From positions 186,001-250,000 of the forward strand of contig JBEWZL010000132.1 of the NCBI GenBank assembly GCA_045837725.1: DNA of 64,000 nt, read 5' to 3'. This stretch comes from Vermamoeba vermiformis (taxonomy: Eukaryota). The notes below the pieces were generated by a model, which made no database searches, was not told the DNA's origin, and worked only from the letters and a program-made list of their open reading frames with translations. Below, piece by piece: positions 36,487 to 48,985 of the stretch. Made by a program: the position numbers and the translations under genes. The stretch's first letter is position 1, and every line of letters starts with the position of its first letter.

Positions 36487-37523
36487 ATGAATCGCACTGC
36501 TGTTCGTACCGTCGAGAAGCGAGCGCGCAGATCCAACAACACCGCACAACTCGGTGAGTGTTGCTGATCACATATAAATACTAATAATTGTACTATTACA
36601 ATAATTATATAGAATATATTCTTGGAATATTACCACTATTATTCGCATTAATCACGCAACTGCAGAACAGATGGGTGCGCACTACATGGCCGCACTGCCC
36701 GCAGATCTGCGTCCCTCAGTGCCCAAAACACGCAGCATGGAGTCCTATATTAAGAGCTTCATTACGCAGCGCAGTGACGCGCAACAAGTCTACGCGCAGA
36801 AGATCCAGGCCCGCGGTGTGCTGACACTCGACAACCCTGCCACTGCGCCACGACCGGCACGTGATCGCGTGGAGAAGAAGCGACCGCGAGTGCGCGGAGC
36901 TAAAAATAGCCTTGCTGTCACGTGGCAGCTGTGCACCCAACTGCACGCACTGTGGAGCAGTTACATGCGCGACTTGCTCGGTGAGCGCGTGCACGAACAG
37001 GAATTCATGAACAAGGTGCTCAAGGCAGATCTGCACGGCTGTGTGCTCAAAGGTACGTATACCAGGGTATATACCTCGTGTCCAAATATGGTCATAACCG
37101 CCGTGCAGTGATTCAAGCGCGCAATGTGGCGCAGATTGGCGTGGAGGGCGTGGTGCTCAGTGAGAGCGAGCGCTGCTTTCACTTGGCGGTGCTGGCACCT
37201 GGCACCAAGTACATGAAGGACAGTAGTGCCATGCAGACCAGTGACAGTAGTGGCATGCAGACCAGTGACAGTAGTGCCATGCAGACCAGTGACAGTAGTG
37301 CCGCTGCATCACTCCCCACACCAGTGCCGCGCGTGCTCACCGTGCCCAAGCCCCACACCGTGTTCGTGTTTCAATGGGCGGACAGACTCATTACCATATA
37401 TGGCAATCACTTCATTCAGCGCAGCGCCGACCGATCGGCCAAAAAGTACGTCCTTACTTAATTTGGCAAGCCACTCACGAGTCTATTTTTAGATTCAAAG
37501 GCAAAGACACCATCGAATTGTAA
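36487..37523 (+). CDS. POP4: RNase P/MRP subunit p29
   Basis: LHALWSSYM, KADLHG, GVEGVVLSES, VPKPHTVF, IYGNHFIQRSADRSAKK and FKGKDTIEL*. Confidence 0.92.
37219..37302 (+). repeat. 24-bp coding tandem repeat, ~3.5 copies (DSSAMQTS), inside POP4
   Basis: GACAGTAGTGCCATGCAGACCAGT repeated with one mismatch. Confidence 0.9.
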
Positions 37524-37602
37524 CGCGAGTTAGCGTTTGACACGTGTCAGTCACCGCAGAACCCCTTATTAGGCAATTCCTTTATTTGGCTATGTACATG
37601 AA

Positions 37603-38607
37603 TTACTCGCGCTTGGGCACGATGTCACCTGGCACTGCCACGTCATCGTTCTTCTTGTGCGCCATCAGCTCTTCTTCTGCGCGCGGATCATCGTCCTCGT
37701 CACGTGCTCGATCACGTGCCTGGTCCGGTGTCAGTTCGCTCTGTCGCAGGTACCACGCGAGTGCTGCCACGGCGACAAAGCACGTGACGAGCAACAGATC
37801 TGCCGCGTAGATGAGCAGCGTGAGGCTAATAAATGACACCTTGCTCCAATAATAGAACAAATACGACAGGCCGTGCAGATTGGCCTCGAGGTGCAAAGTG
37901 CCACCGTAGATCTGTACGAGTGGGTGTGACAGCGTCAAATTGAATCGATCGAAGGGCTGCAGGCGCTGATCGTAGAGGAGGTTGTCGAATAACTGCAAAG
38001 TCACGTGATGTTTCTCTTCGAGGTGCGTCAGACCGAGCGAGATCGGCACTGCAAAGATGACAGCATAGATGACACGTGTCACTTGACTGCGGTACGGCAC
38101 CACCACCGAGCGAATTTGTTCCGCCAGCACTGTCTCACCGCGCACTGCACGTGCTGACACGGAGAATGTTCCGAGCTGACGGTTGACAGCACTGTCCGGT
38201 ACGGTGAGATCGAGCCAAATATGGTAACCAATGTCCGAATTGGGCGTGTCGGGCCAGGACTTGAGCGGTGCCAGCAGCACGGAACTGTGCGGCAAGGTGT
38301 CCAGGGCAGTGTCACGTGATGGGAATGCGTGGTACTGCCAGTGAATCACGTGCTGCTGTGTCACGTGACTGTGTTGCAGGCCAGTGAGTGCCAGCAGCCG
38401 CGACGAGAAGAGCCACGCTTGCAGCGGTGCAATGAGCGCGAGTGTGACGCTGAGAGTGAGCAGAATGAGCGCGGCCACACTGCCCCACGTGAGCAGAGTG
38501 ACAGTAGTGGTGGACAGCACGACACCTGCGCGGTGCAGTGCGGTCACTGCGCGCGTAACGAGTGGATGGAGCAGCGCATTGATGGGCCGCAGTAGAACGG
38601 AGAACAT
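37603..38607 (-). CDS. BSCL2: Seipin (lipid-droplet biogenesis)
   Basis: Two TM regions flanking a lumenal domain with YHIWLDLTVPDSAVNRQLGTF, VPYRS and GLSYLFYYW; intronless ORF. Confidence 0.88.
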   Translation of the reverse strand: MFSVLLRPINALLHPLVTRAVTALHRAGVVLSTTTVTLLTWGSVAALILLTLSVTLALIAPLQAWLFSSRLLALTGLQHSHVTQQHVIHWQYHAFPSRDTALDTLPHSSVLLAPLKSWPDTPNSDIGYHIWLDLTVPDSAVNRQLGTFSVSARAVRGETVLAEQIRSVVVPYRSQVTRVIYAVIFAVPISLGLTHLEEKHHVTLQLFDNLLYDQRLQPFDRFNLTLSHPLVQIYGGTLHLEANLHGLSYLFYYWSKVSFISLTLLIYAADLLLVTCFVAVAALAWYLRQSELTPDQARDRARDEDDDPRAEEELMAHKKNDDVAVPGDIVPKRE

Positions 38608-38953
38608 GGCTGCTAGGAGCGATAATATGCTCTGACGTAATCTATTGTTTATATATACGAACCATTAATATTTGCGTATAATTGCAATTATAATTAATTC
38701 AATAATTCAATTGTTGGATCGGGATCTGCAATCGAACCAGCAGTGCTTACTTAGTGAACATTGTCCACAAATATGATACAATTACTATACTATATATATA
38801 GTATCAATGCGTTCGTGCCACAACTGTCATGTGTTGTTGGCTCGTGCGAGAATGTAGTGAAAAAGATTTGCAAAATAATCGCGTAGGAGTAGCTCACTTT
38901 GCGCAACAAATAAAGTGTGGCTGTAGTTGTATATAGTACTGCAATTAGTGACA

Positions 38954-39709
38954 ATGAGTGCATCGGCAAATAACGCCAACAAGACAGCAAAGCGCAATCC
39001 GATCGTGTTCTTTGATGTTAAGATCGGCAGTCAAGACATTGGGCGAATTAAAATAGAATTATTTGCTAATGTAGTGCCAAAGACTACTGAAAACTTCAGG
39101 TACGTACGAAGAGTGTAGCGATGACGTGGACATTAATAATAATATTATTGTAATTTATTTATTCATAATATAATTATTATTATTTGGTTCTGATCATCGC
39201 AGTTACACCTTTACAATACTAGACTAACACCTCCCTTTTATTCTGCAGACAGTTCTGCACCGGTGAATACAAGTAAGTACCCCACGATCCACACCACACC
39301 CCGCCACTAACAGCTGCGCAGAGTGAACAACAAGCCAGTCGGCTACAAAGAGAGTCAGTTCCACCGCGTCATCAAGGGCTTCATGATTCAGGGCGGCGAC
39401 TTCATCAAGGGCGATGGCACGGGTTCGCTGACCATCTACGGCAAAGAGAGCTTCGAGGACGAGTCCTTCGCGCTGAGTCACAACCGCGCGGGACTGGTCT
39501 CGATGGCGAACAGTGGTCCGAACACGAATGGCAGTCAGTTCTTCATCACCACCGATGCCTGCGAGTGGCTCGATGGCAAGCACGTGGTGTTCGGCCAGGT
39601 CGTGGAGGGCATGAAGATTGTGCGCGCGATTGAGAACACACCAGTGCACCCCAACAGCAACAAGCCCAAGATACCTGTCACCATCGCGCAGTGCGGTCAG
39701 TTCTGTTGA
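38954..39709 (+). CDS. PPIH: Cyclophilin H-like peptidyl-prolyl isomerase
   Basis: [41 protein letters not shown] and [10 protein letters not shown]. Confidence 0.9.
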
Positions 39710-39761
39710 GCGCTTGCCTTATTTGTACAAATTCTCCCGTGTATCTATAAATAGTCTTTTT

Positions 39762-40687
39762 TCACTGCACGGGCTCCTCGTCACTGTCGCTGCTGTCACT
39801 GCTGTCACTGCTGTCACTTGAACTCTCGCTCGTGTTCATGGTCATCAGAGGTCGCTGATTGACACCTGTCACATTCGTGTCACTCGCCTCACCTGCGCGC
39901 GGTGCTGTCGTTGACGTGTGAAATTTGCAGAATTTGCTCGGCTGATTGAAGAAGTGAGTCAGTGGTAACACTTGCCAAATAAGGCAATTACCTTGTTCTT
40001 GAGCACGGGATTGGAGCACTGTTTGCCACCCGAGTCCGTGTGCGCGCACCAGACCCACTCGGAGTTGGGATCGAGTGGCAGATGGCGCCAACAGTACTGC
40101 GCGCCGTGTTGAGCACGTGACTTGCACTGGCGACCACTCAGCACGGCACTGCACGGCACCGTGGGCTCTTCGCTCTTCTTCTCTTTGGGCACTTTGACGC
40201 GCCGTCTCTTCTCAACTGCCGCACTAGAAGCAGTGGGGTGCATATTATTCGTGCTCGTAGTGTTCTGTTCGGGGCCTGACTCGAGCACCCCATCTGGTTT
40301 GAGTACCTCATCGCGAGCACTGTTCGCCAGTTTCGCGCGCTTAGTAGGGCGTGTGGTCTCGATGAGTGGTGGTTGCGTCAATAATTTCCTGCAGAGTGTT
40401 ATTAATACTAAGCCGATCTCAAGCCAGTACAAATTGCAAGCAGAGCTTTGCAAACTCTGAATCGAATGTTGAGTATTTATAATCGATATTCCATACGTAC
40501 TTATATTTGTAACGCAAGACATTAATTTTTCTGTTCGCTTCAACCAGATCCTCAGAACAAATGAATGAATACTGCCGTTCATCTGCGTTAGTCGCGCTCA
40601 ATAATGATTATCTGCACTTGCCTCTAATAGGTCCAAATACTTCTGCAATAATGCTTCGTAAGCAGTGCGATATTGTTCGACGCTCAT
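39762..40687 (-). CDS. C3Hc3H-type zinc-finger protein (INO80D/KANSL2-like) with N-terminal coiled coil
   Basis: C..SGRQC..AQYCWRH..DPNS..WC..QCSNPV..FCKFH. Confidence 0.7.
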
Positions 40688-40785
40688 TTGGTGTTCACTT
40701 TCAGCTAAAAAGGATCTGGTTGCGCATTGACAGTTGAGTTACCGCTCGTTGAACAACACCACTATATATACAGACCCTATTCAAC

Positions 40786-41668
40786 ATGTCTGAACCAACA
40801 AGCAAGGACAGTGAGATGCAGGAAGCAAGTCAAGAGGAGCTCAGTGCGCAACCAGAGTTGGATGCGGAGCTCGAACACGCAGCGCTGAGTGACAACAGCG
40901 AATACGCACGACGAGGCATAGTATATATTAGTCGTATACCACCTGGCCTCACCCCCTCCTCTCTGCGCGACATTATGCAGCAGTTTGGTCAAGTCACGCG
41001 GATTTACTGCACTCCTCAAGGTATGTGCCGAACTAATATTTAAAAGTACAATTTATTTGCACGTTACATTTATTCTCCTATTTTATTATGCTATTAGAAT
41101 TAATTTTCGAATTTTAATGCTTGGATCCGATCCAGATCCAAACTCGAAGAAAAAAGGTTCGTTACGCCGCTACATTGAAGGCTGGATCGAGTTCTCAGAC
41201 CGCAAAGATGCGCGTCGTGTGAGCAAGAGCCTGAACTGCACCCCCATTGGCGAGTGCTTGCCGACCAAGAAACGTCGTCGCGTCAGATTTGCAGCAGATT
41301 TGTGGACCTTGACCTACCTCGGCAAACACGTCAAGTGGCACCACCTGACGCAACAACTGACCTATCAGAAGCGCATTCGCGAGAAGAAGTTGCAGCAACA
41401 GATCCAACAAGCCAAGCGCGAGGCCAATCAGTTCTTGGACAATGTGGAGAAGAGTCACATCCACAACTTGATCGAAGAGAAGCGGCGCAACAAGCTCGTG
41501 AAGCAGCAGCGTGCCGGCAGTGCGGAGAGTGCAGCAGAGGCCGCGCCGAGTGGTGGCGCAGGGCAGTTGAGTGCCATCAAGCGCAACTTCCGTCAGAAGA
41601 AGCAAGTCAAGGGCGATGAAGACGAGGCCATTGACGAGCAGATCTTGCGCCAAGTGTTCGGCAAGTAG
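40786..41668 (+). CDS. ABT1: Pre-rRNA processing factor ESF2/ABT1
   Basis: GIVYISRIPP, EGWIEF..KDARRV..LN, DLWTLTYL and KWHHL. Confidence 0.93.
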
Positions 41669-41845
41669 CTGCGGGGTGCATATCAGTCTGCAGGTGCATA
41701 TCAGTAGTCGTGTATATATCTGCCACTGCTAGTCCTGCTGGCGGTGTGCGTGGAGCTCAGATGTAGTTATTTTTTGTTTTCATCGCAACGGCCCTAGAGG
41801 TGAACAGAGTGGACCTCATTGTATATAATACCTGTCATATAAAGC

Positions 41846-44274
41846 ATGTTGGCCTCTCTCTATCGCGGTGTATCTCGCTCTAAGCTGTGGCGCGGTCAGA
41901 GCAGATCCGCAGCCAAGATCTGCTTGTCACTCACGTACTACTGCACTAATTGCTATGAATATTATATGTGTGACTAATAGTGTGTTATGGACAGAGCGGT
42001 ACGATCTATGAACACCGAAACTAAGCACTCGCGAAAGATGAAACGATCTCTTGAAGAAGTGAACTTAGATTCACCCTACAAATACGCATACTCAGTCACG
42101 AGACATGTACGCATATAATATGGATAGTGTGGACTGGCAGAAAATTATAGAGAATTAATGTAATATTTTTTCAGATGCCTTCGAGTATTAGCAATGCTGT
42201 GTCTGATCCTCCCGTGGCTGTGAAGCAGAACTATTGGGTAAATAATTACTATATTATTATAACGCTTTATTCGCAGTATTTGGGCAACAACAACTCGAAA
42301 CAGCTTGCATCTGATATTTAAATAATTATTAATTGGCGCTATTCACTCAAAGGAAAATCCTGAAATATTGAGTCAACCGACGGGCGATGGTACAACTGAA
42401 GCATGCGTAGTCAATGTCATATTGAACCGTCACCAATATCAGAACTCGCTGGATGCAGATTTCATTTACATTTTGCGCAGTCTGTTGCAGGTACGTGCGA
42501 CTGCTACGACCATTATATATATGTACACATACATAACCCCCCCTCGCAGCGATACGAACACAACACGATGCAGCACACGATGCTGTTGCGCGGACAGAGT
42601 GACGAGTACTACTGCGCGGGACTCGATCTGCTCGCACTGTACCGCGCCAAACAGCTCGGCAATGTCGCACTCGCAGAACTCACCATCAAGGCCCAGCAAG
42701 AGCTCATTGCTGCCATGCACGCGCTGCAGACGCCAGTCATCGCCCCCGTGACAGGTGTCGCGGTCGGTCTAGGAGCCGCACTGAGTGCCCCGCACAGCGC
42801 GCAGATTGTGCTCGCGACTGAGACTGCCGTGTGGTGCGTGCCTGCCACTCAGTTGGGTCACGTGCCTGACGCTGGTCTCACGCACACACTGTCGCGCCTC
42901 GGTGCCGTGGGCATGTACTTGGCACTCACTGGCAAGCGCGTCGAGTCCTCCGATCTGACGTACGTCACGTGATTTTGTGAGCTAATTATAGCAGCACTGA
43001 CACGTGTCATCTGACAGGCACCTCGGCATCGCACAGGGCTACTTGGCGAGTGAAATGATCGAGTCCTTGGAGCGCGAGTTGGGAGGCTTGAAGAGCAGCG
43101 ACCTCACCGCGGTGTGGCGCGCGATTGGCATGGTGGACCAAGAGCCCGAGCCCTACAAGCTCGGCGAATATCGCGAGGTGATTGAGCGCTGTTTCGACAA
43201 GGAATCTGTCGCGGAGATTGTGGCCGCACTCAAAGCCGAGGACAGCGAGTGGAGTGAGCGCGTGTTGACACGTCTAAATAAGGCAAGTCCTGTCGCACTG
43301 CTCGCCACGCACCGAGCTCTGCGCGCAGCACAGCACATGACACTGCACCAATGTCTCACGATGGAGTTCAATATCACACAGCGCCTGATGGTACGGTACT
43401 GCGATTGACACGTGTCAAACAGGTGACTAACAGCCACACACAGCGCACCAAGGACTATTGGGAGGGCATTGAAGCACGTGTGGTCGAGGGCAGAGAGGCC
43501 GTGTGGTCCTACGACTCGCTCGATGCCGTGCCCAGTGCGGTGATTGACGCGCTGTTCACTGAAAACAAAGTGACACCCGTGCACACATCACGTGACGCGG
43601 TCAAGATGTTGCACCCGTACAACAATGCCACCGTGGACCCCAAGAGCAGTGCCCCCGCTGGTGTGCGCTTCCAATCCGTGACGAGCAGTGCCGCACTCGA
43701 ACAGTTGCTGCAGACACCGCAAGAAGTGGATCTGAGTGCACTGCCTGCTGCGTATTGGAGTCTGGAGCTCGTGCCACCACCCCTCCGACCTCGTGCCGAC
43801 CAACAGCGCGCTAAAGACGATTTGCTCGCGTCAGATCCGCTGTCCGAGGTCGAGAAGTACTTGGAGAACATGAACCCCGAGAAGAACGACAGATCTGCCA
43901 CGCCCGAACAGATGCGCGAGGAGTTGAAGAAAGAGCTTGAATTCAGACCCAATATACTCGCCAATTACGACACATTCGAGTACTCACTGCGCGAATTGCT
44001 CTCATCGCAGGCCTTCAGAGAGCGACCAGCCATGTTCAGACCCGTCGCGCCACCCAAGGGCTTCAGTCCTGGTCTGAGCACGGTGCCGGTGCTGAGCAAC
44101 TTTGTCGTCAAAGAAGAAGACGTGCAGCTGCCGTGCTTGTTGCGCGAGAAGAATCCATTCACCAACTTGGAAGAGGTGCCTGACAAGCCGCGTGCTGCGA
44201 AGAGCGAAGAAGAGACGAGCGGTGAGACAGCTGAGGGTGAGTCAGCACCTGAGGGCGAGGAGAAGAAAGAATAG
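41846..44274 (+). CDS. HIBCH-like crotonase-fold protein with C-terminal extension (possible mitoribosomal mS47)
   Basis: VILNRH..QNSL, YCAGLDL, GMYLALTG, IERCF..SVAEIV, SPVAL and DYWEGIEA. Confidence 0.8.
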
Positions 44275-44400
44275 GCATCATAATAATAAGGGCGTATAGT
44301 TTTGAAAATGAAATAAAAAGCGGAAATGATATTTAAACATTTATTATTCACATTGAGCTGTTCGCTGCTCGCATAGACTAGAGAGCTAAGTATATATATA

Positions 44401-47400
44401 TTACACGACTTCGAGTTCCAGCGGCTTGGTGCACCAATAGAAGGTCTTGGACTCGACGTCTTGACAGTTCGCAATAAACTTGTACGTGCCGCGCTTGTGC
44501 ATGCACAACACCACGGGGTAACTGACGGTGGCTGAGGGCTGCACTTCCGGCAGCAGAATGTTGTCGAGTTTGGAGATCCACGAGAAGGCGAGGTCATCGA
44601 ATGCTGCACCTTGACTGCCACGCGGTGTTGGCGGCATGTAGAGTCGATTGGCGGTGCTCGTGAGCTCCGTGCTGTACGGGATGAAATTGAGCACCAAGGG
44701 CCGTGACATGTGCGGACTGTAGTTCTTGATCTTGATGCGCACTGTGATCACGCGCGACACCTCCACGAGCTGCTTGAACTGTTGCTTCTCGCTGCTCTGT
44801 TCGCTGCCCTCGAGATTGAGCGTCACTTCAATGCGTCCTGAGCTATAGGCCTCGGGGGGCACATCGGCACTGCTCTCCGGCACCACATCCACGTGATTGT
44901 TCACGATGCGCTTCGTGTTGCTCAACAAGAGACCGCGTAGCTGCGAGGCATCGCGAATGTTGATCACGTCGAGGTACAACAGACCGCGGCGATTGTCGTG
45001 CGAGTGCCACACAATGCGCACTTGTTTGAGCAGCTGTCGCTTGACGAGTTCTGACAGCTGTGTCTCGGTGGCGAACTGTTTGTTCTCAGAGAGCAGCAGC
45101 TCTTCTTCTATCAACTGCTTGAGCACGACAGCAACGCGTCTGATGGAGTTGGGCTTGATGGTGATGAATGTCGCGGTGTGACTGCGCTGCAGTGCTTGTT
45201 GGAAGAAGGGCGGGTAGCTGTCATCGTGCGCACCTGAATCGAGCACGTGTGCGTAGAGCGAGAAGTGCTGCTGCGCGGTGTTATTGTGCACGTCAAACAC
45301 CAACAGACATGACTCGCTGTCTGCGTGCGCGGGGATCACGTGGGGCACAAAGTCTTTGAGCACATCGCGCGAGCTGTGCTTGTCCGTGGCGAGCACGTCA
45401 AAATTGATCACGTGGAGCTCACGCTGCGGATTGATATTGAAATTGAAGCGCAGGCTTGTTTTGCGACGCAATTGGGGCTGACTTTGTGTGCCGTACTCGA
45501 AGGTCAACACTGCTCGTTTGCTGCGATGTGATTGGTCAGTTAGCTCTAGCTGGATATTGACACGTGGCACTTACCAGAATCGATTGGCGAGGATAGGCAC
45601 GAGCAGTGTGAAGGCAGTGCGTGCTTTGAGTGGCAAGTGTTCGCTCAGTTGGCTCTCTAGTCGCTTCACTTCAATGCAGTGCGGACGTTGTGAGCCACTG
45701 CGCGTCAAGGCGGCGGTGAGTGACACGGGCTTGGAGGCTGTCGCTGCACGTGCCTCGCGTGTGAGATCACCAGAGTCACGTGACGGCAGTTGCAGACTCG
45801 GATGTCGTGTGTGTCGCGTGGGTCGTCCAGCGTCGAGTGAAGTGCGTGTGGTGGTGAGTGTGGTCTTGGTCACGTGCTCGTCGACCAATAGCGACGAAGT
45901 GTTGGCCGAGAGTGTCAGATCTGCAGTGCTGTCCACGAACTCTTGGTGCAGTGTCAGCTCCACGTAGTCTATATTTGCACCGCCGCTGTTCTCCATGTGC
46001 AGCTCGTACTCGAGATATTCGCCGTCAAACATGCTGAGATCCACGTGGGTGGGAATGGACTTGTGCACTGCCAAATAAGGAAATGGATCGACGAGCTCGA
46101 CGGTGCAGGGTCCGAGCTGCTTGTTGAGTTTGTGCTGGAAGTGCAAGTTGAGTGCCGTGTACTCGAGCAGGCGCGGGGTGAGCAGCCGCTGCGTGACGTG
46201 TTTGGTGACACTCAACTGCTGGGTCTCGAGCTGTTGGCGCTGTTGTGCGAGCACTTGCTCAATGTCCACGTGATCTGCACGCACGAGTGGCACTTTGACA
46301 CTCAACAAGAGCACGTGATGCGTGTTGGGCTCGAGTTTGACCTGCCCGACAGTGATGCCTGCAGCGGTGGTGCTGTCGAGTGTGACAATCACGGGCGGGG
46401 TCTGTGCGGCATCCTTCTTGCGGCCCGAGAACACAGTGCCCTGCGCCTGCACATCTTGCGGGGTCAGCTTGGCGGTGGTGAGCTGCAGCACGTGACTGAA
46501 GTTGGCGTGCAGCGTGACATTGACCAGATTGAGCGGGAAGTGATAGGGATTGATCAGCTCCATCTGCCACGTGAACACGCGGTGCTCGTCGAGTGCCACC
46601 AGCGGATAATTCATTTCTCCGCTCTTGAGCTGCTCTTTGTTCTTGTACGCGGAATATCTTTTGCTGCCACTCTGCGCGGGATTGGCCGCAGGGACGGGTC
46701 GATCAGGACGATAGAGAAATGGTCCGTAGTCTTGCTGCACACTCTCTTGCGCCTCTTTCTCTTTCTTGCTGATCAGACGCGTGATCTGATCGCGCTCTTT
46801 GTGCGCTATAAATGGCTCCAAGGCATCGATCGTCAACAGTCCGGCCATATTCAGCTGTTGCAGTGGCATGGGCTTGGTGATTTTGAGCAGATCTTTGGCG
46901 ATCACTTGCTGCTTCTCTTTCTCCACATCGGTGCCCAGCTTGCGCAAGAAGTACGCCAAATAGAGAATGGTGCGCTTAGGATCGTCCATCTCCTTGCTGA
47001 TCGCGATCAGTCGCTCCAAGATGGCGCGGTGCAGCTCCAGATATTTGGTGCCTGTCTTCAACAATTTTTCACGCCGTGAAATTTCAATTTCATTGCTGGG
47101 CGCGTCTTTGACACTCTTGCGCGAGTCACGTTCCGCCCCCGAGACGAGTCCAGCGACGAGTTTGATGTCGGGCAGGGGCAGGTGATAGTACGGTGCGATG
47201 GCGCGGAGCAGTGAACTCGCCTTGTCGTGCAGCAGAATGTTCTCGCAGAGCTGTGCGCACTCGCGAATGAAATAGGCGAACTTGCGCTCGTAGCCCATGT
47301 GCTTGTAGATCTGCGCGATGGCATTGCTGAGCTGTATCTTGTCCTGAATCGAGAACGAGTCCGCGTCGTCGCAGTACACGCGCATCAGCATCGTGTTGCT

Positions 47401-48796
47401 CTCGAGATTGAACTCGCTCGACTCCTGCACGTAGAAGCGCGCCAGTTTGAGAGTGCCTTCGACCTCCAACACGAGGGCCTTCTTGCGCGCGTAGTAGCTG
47501 ATGGCCTCGAGCATGGCGTCGATGATCTGCTTGCGGAGATTGATGCGCTCTTCGCGCTGTGCCTGCACTTCTTTGCTGGTGCCGAGTCGGTGCTGCGCTT
47601 CATCGACCTCCTCTTTGAGACTCAACAGACACCCCGCGTGACTCTCAATCGCGGCACCAGTCCACTCGAGATCACCAATGTTCTTGCCCTGCTCGATGGC
47701 CTGTTGATAGCTGCAAAACAGACGGGTTAGCGGCGTATACCAGCGATATATACCGTTGCCAAATAAGGCGCGACGTACTAGAGGATCGCATCGGTCGGTG
47801 AGCCAGCCAGCAGCGCGTAGTCACCGAGCTGCTTCACCAAGCGACCAATGCGCCGCTTCTTGGCTGTCTTGGCGTCCTCTTGCGGTGCATCGCGATCGAG
47901 CGGCGTGTTGAGCGTGAACTCGTCTTTGACCGGCCCTGCTGTGCCCGAGAGATTGCCTAATATGGTCGACAGACTCGTGGTGGCACTCGCCTCTTCTTTC
48001 TCGCGCCGCGCAATGATCTCGCGCACATTCTTCTCGAACTGCATGACAATGTCGTAGATGAGATAGGTGAGCTCGTTGGTCAGATAGAAGGCGATGTGCG
48101 ACTGATCGTGCATCTGATCGGGCAGCACTTTGAGACTGTCGATCCCGGGATCTGTTTGATTGGGCTGCGGCTCAAAGCACAGACACATGGCGTGCACGTT
48201 GAATGCGGGACTGCTGGGCCCAGCTGTCACAGTGCCACTGTCTTTCTTGGCGCCCTTGTTGTTAGGCGTGTTGGTGGCTATATTGAGCGGCTTCAAATTG
48301 CGCGCTGCTAACTCGCTCTGAAATTCTGCAAACGTCTTGCGCAGATCTGACACTGTGTGACAGTCCACGAGACCAATGACCTGCAGTGTAGATGTTATTA
48401 TTAATGGGTGCTAATTGATAGCTGTGTAGAGGCTGGAATACTTACACCAAATATTTTGCGACAGATCTGCAATTCATCCCAATCGTGCGATTGCGGATTA
48501 TCGTGAGTAATAAATCTCAAATATACTCGATCTTTTTGCCAATCGCGATGTGGAAATACGCCTTGGAAAATTAATTATTAATTTTTGAAATAAATTTTCA
48601 AGTAATTATTGTTTAGTGCTTGGTTGTACTTACATTTTGAAGACACGTCTCGCGTTACAGTCTCTAATTCTATTACTTTAATGGACTTTAATAGATTATA
48701 ATACTCTTCGAACTTGTTGTCAGAAATGTTGCCGATCGGGAGCAACAAGATCTTGATCTCTCTCGACGATTGAATGGTCTGATCGACACTCAACAT
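44401..48796 (-). CDS. TRAPPC9: TRAPP II subunit Trs120
   Basis: IKILLLPIG, WDELQICRKIFGVIGLVDC, GRLVKQLGDYALLAGSP.DA, GYERKFAYF and GPFLY. Confidence 0.92.
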
Positions 48797-48985
48797 ATCG
48801 AAGAGCTGTGTAATATAGATGCGCACTAAATAACAATGACGTCGCTCTTATGCACGTGTCTAACTGAAATGCGACTTGAGCGGAATTTCAATTTGACCTG
48901 CCACGTGATCGATGACATAGTATTGGTCCAAAGATGTAATATATGAACAACATATTCACAAGATTTATTTACATCAGCGCACCTC

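Noticed and set aside
45943-47079. Long antisense ORFs opposite TRAPPC9, NOT4 and Pumilio
   Set aside because: Expected shadows of GC3-biased coding strands; no recognisable domains.
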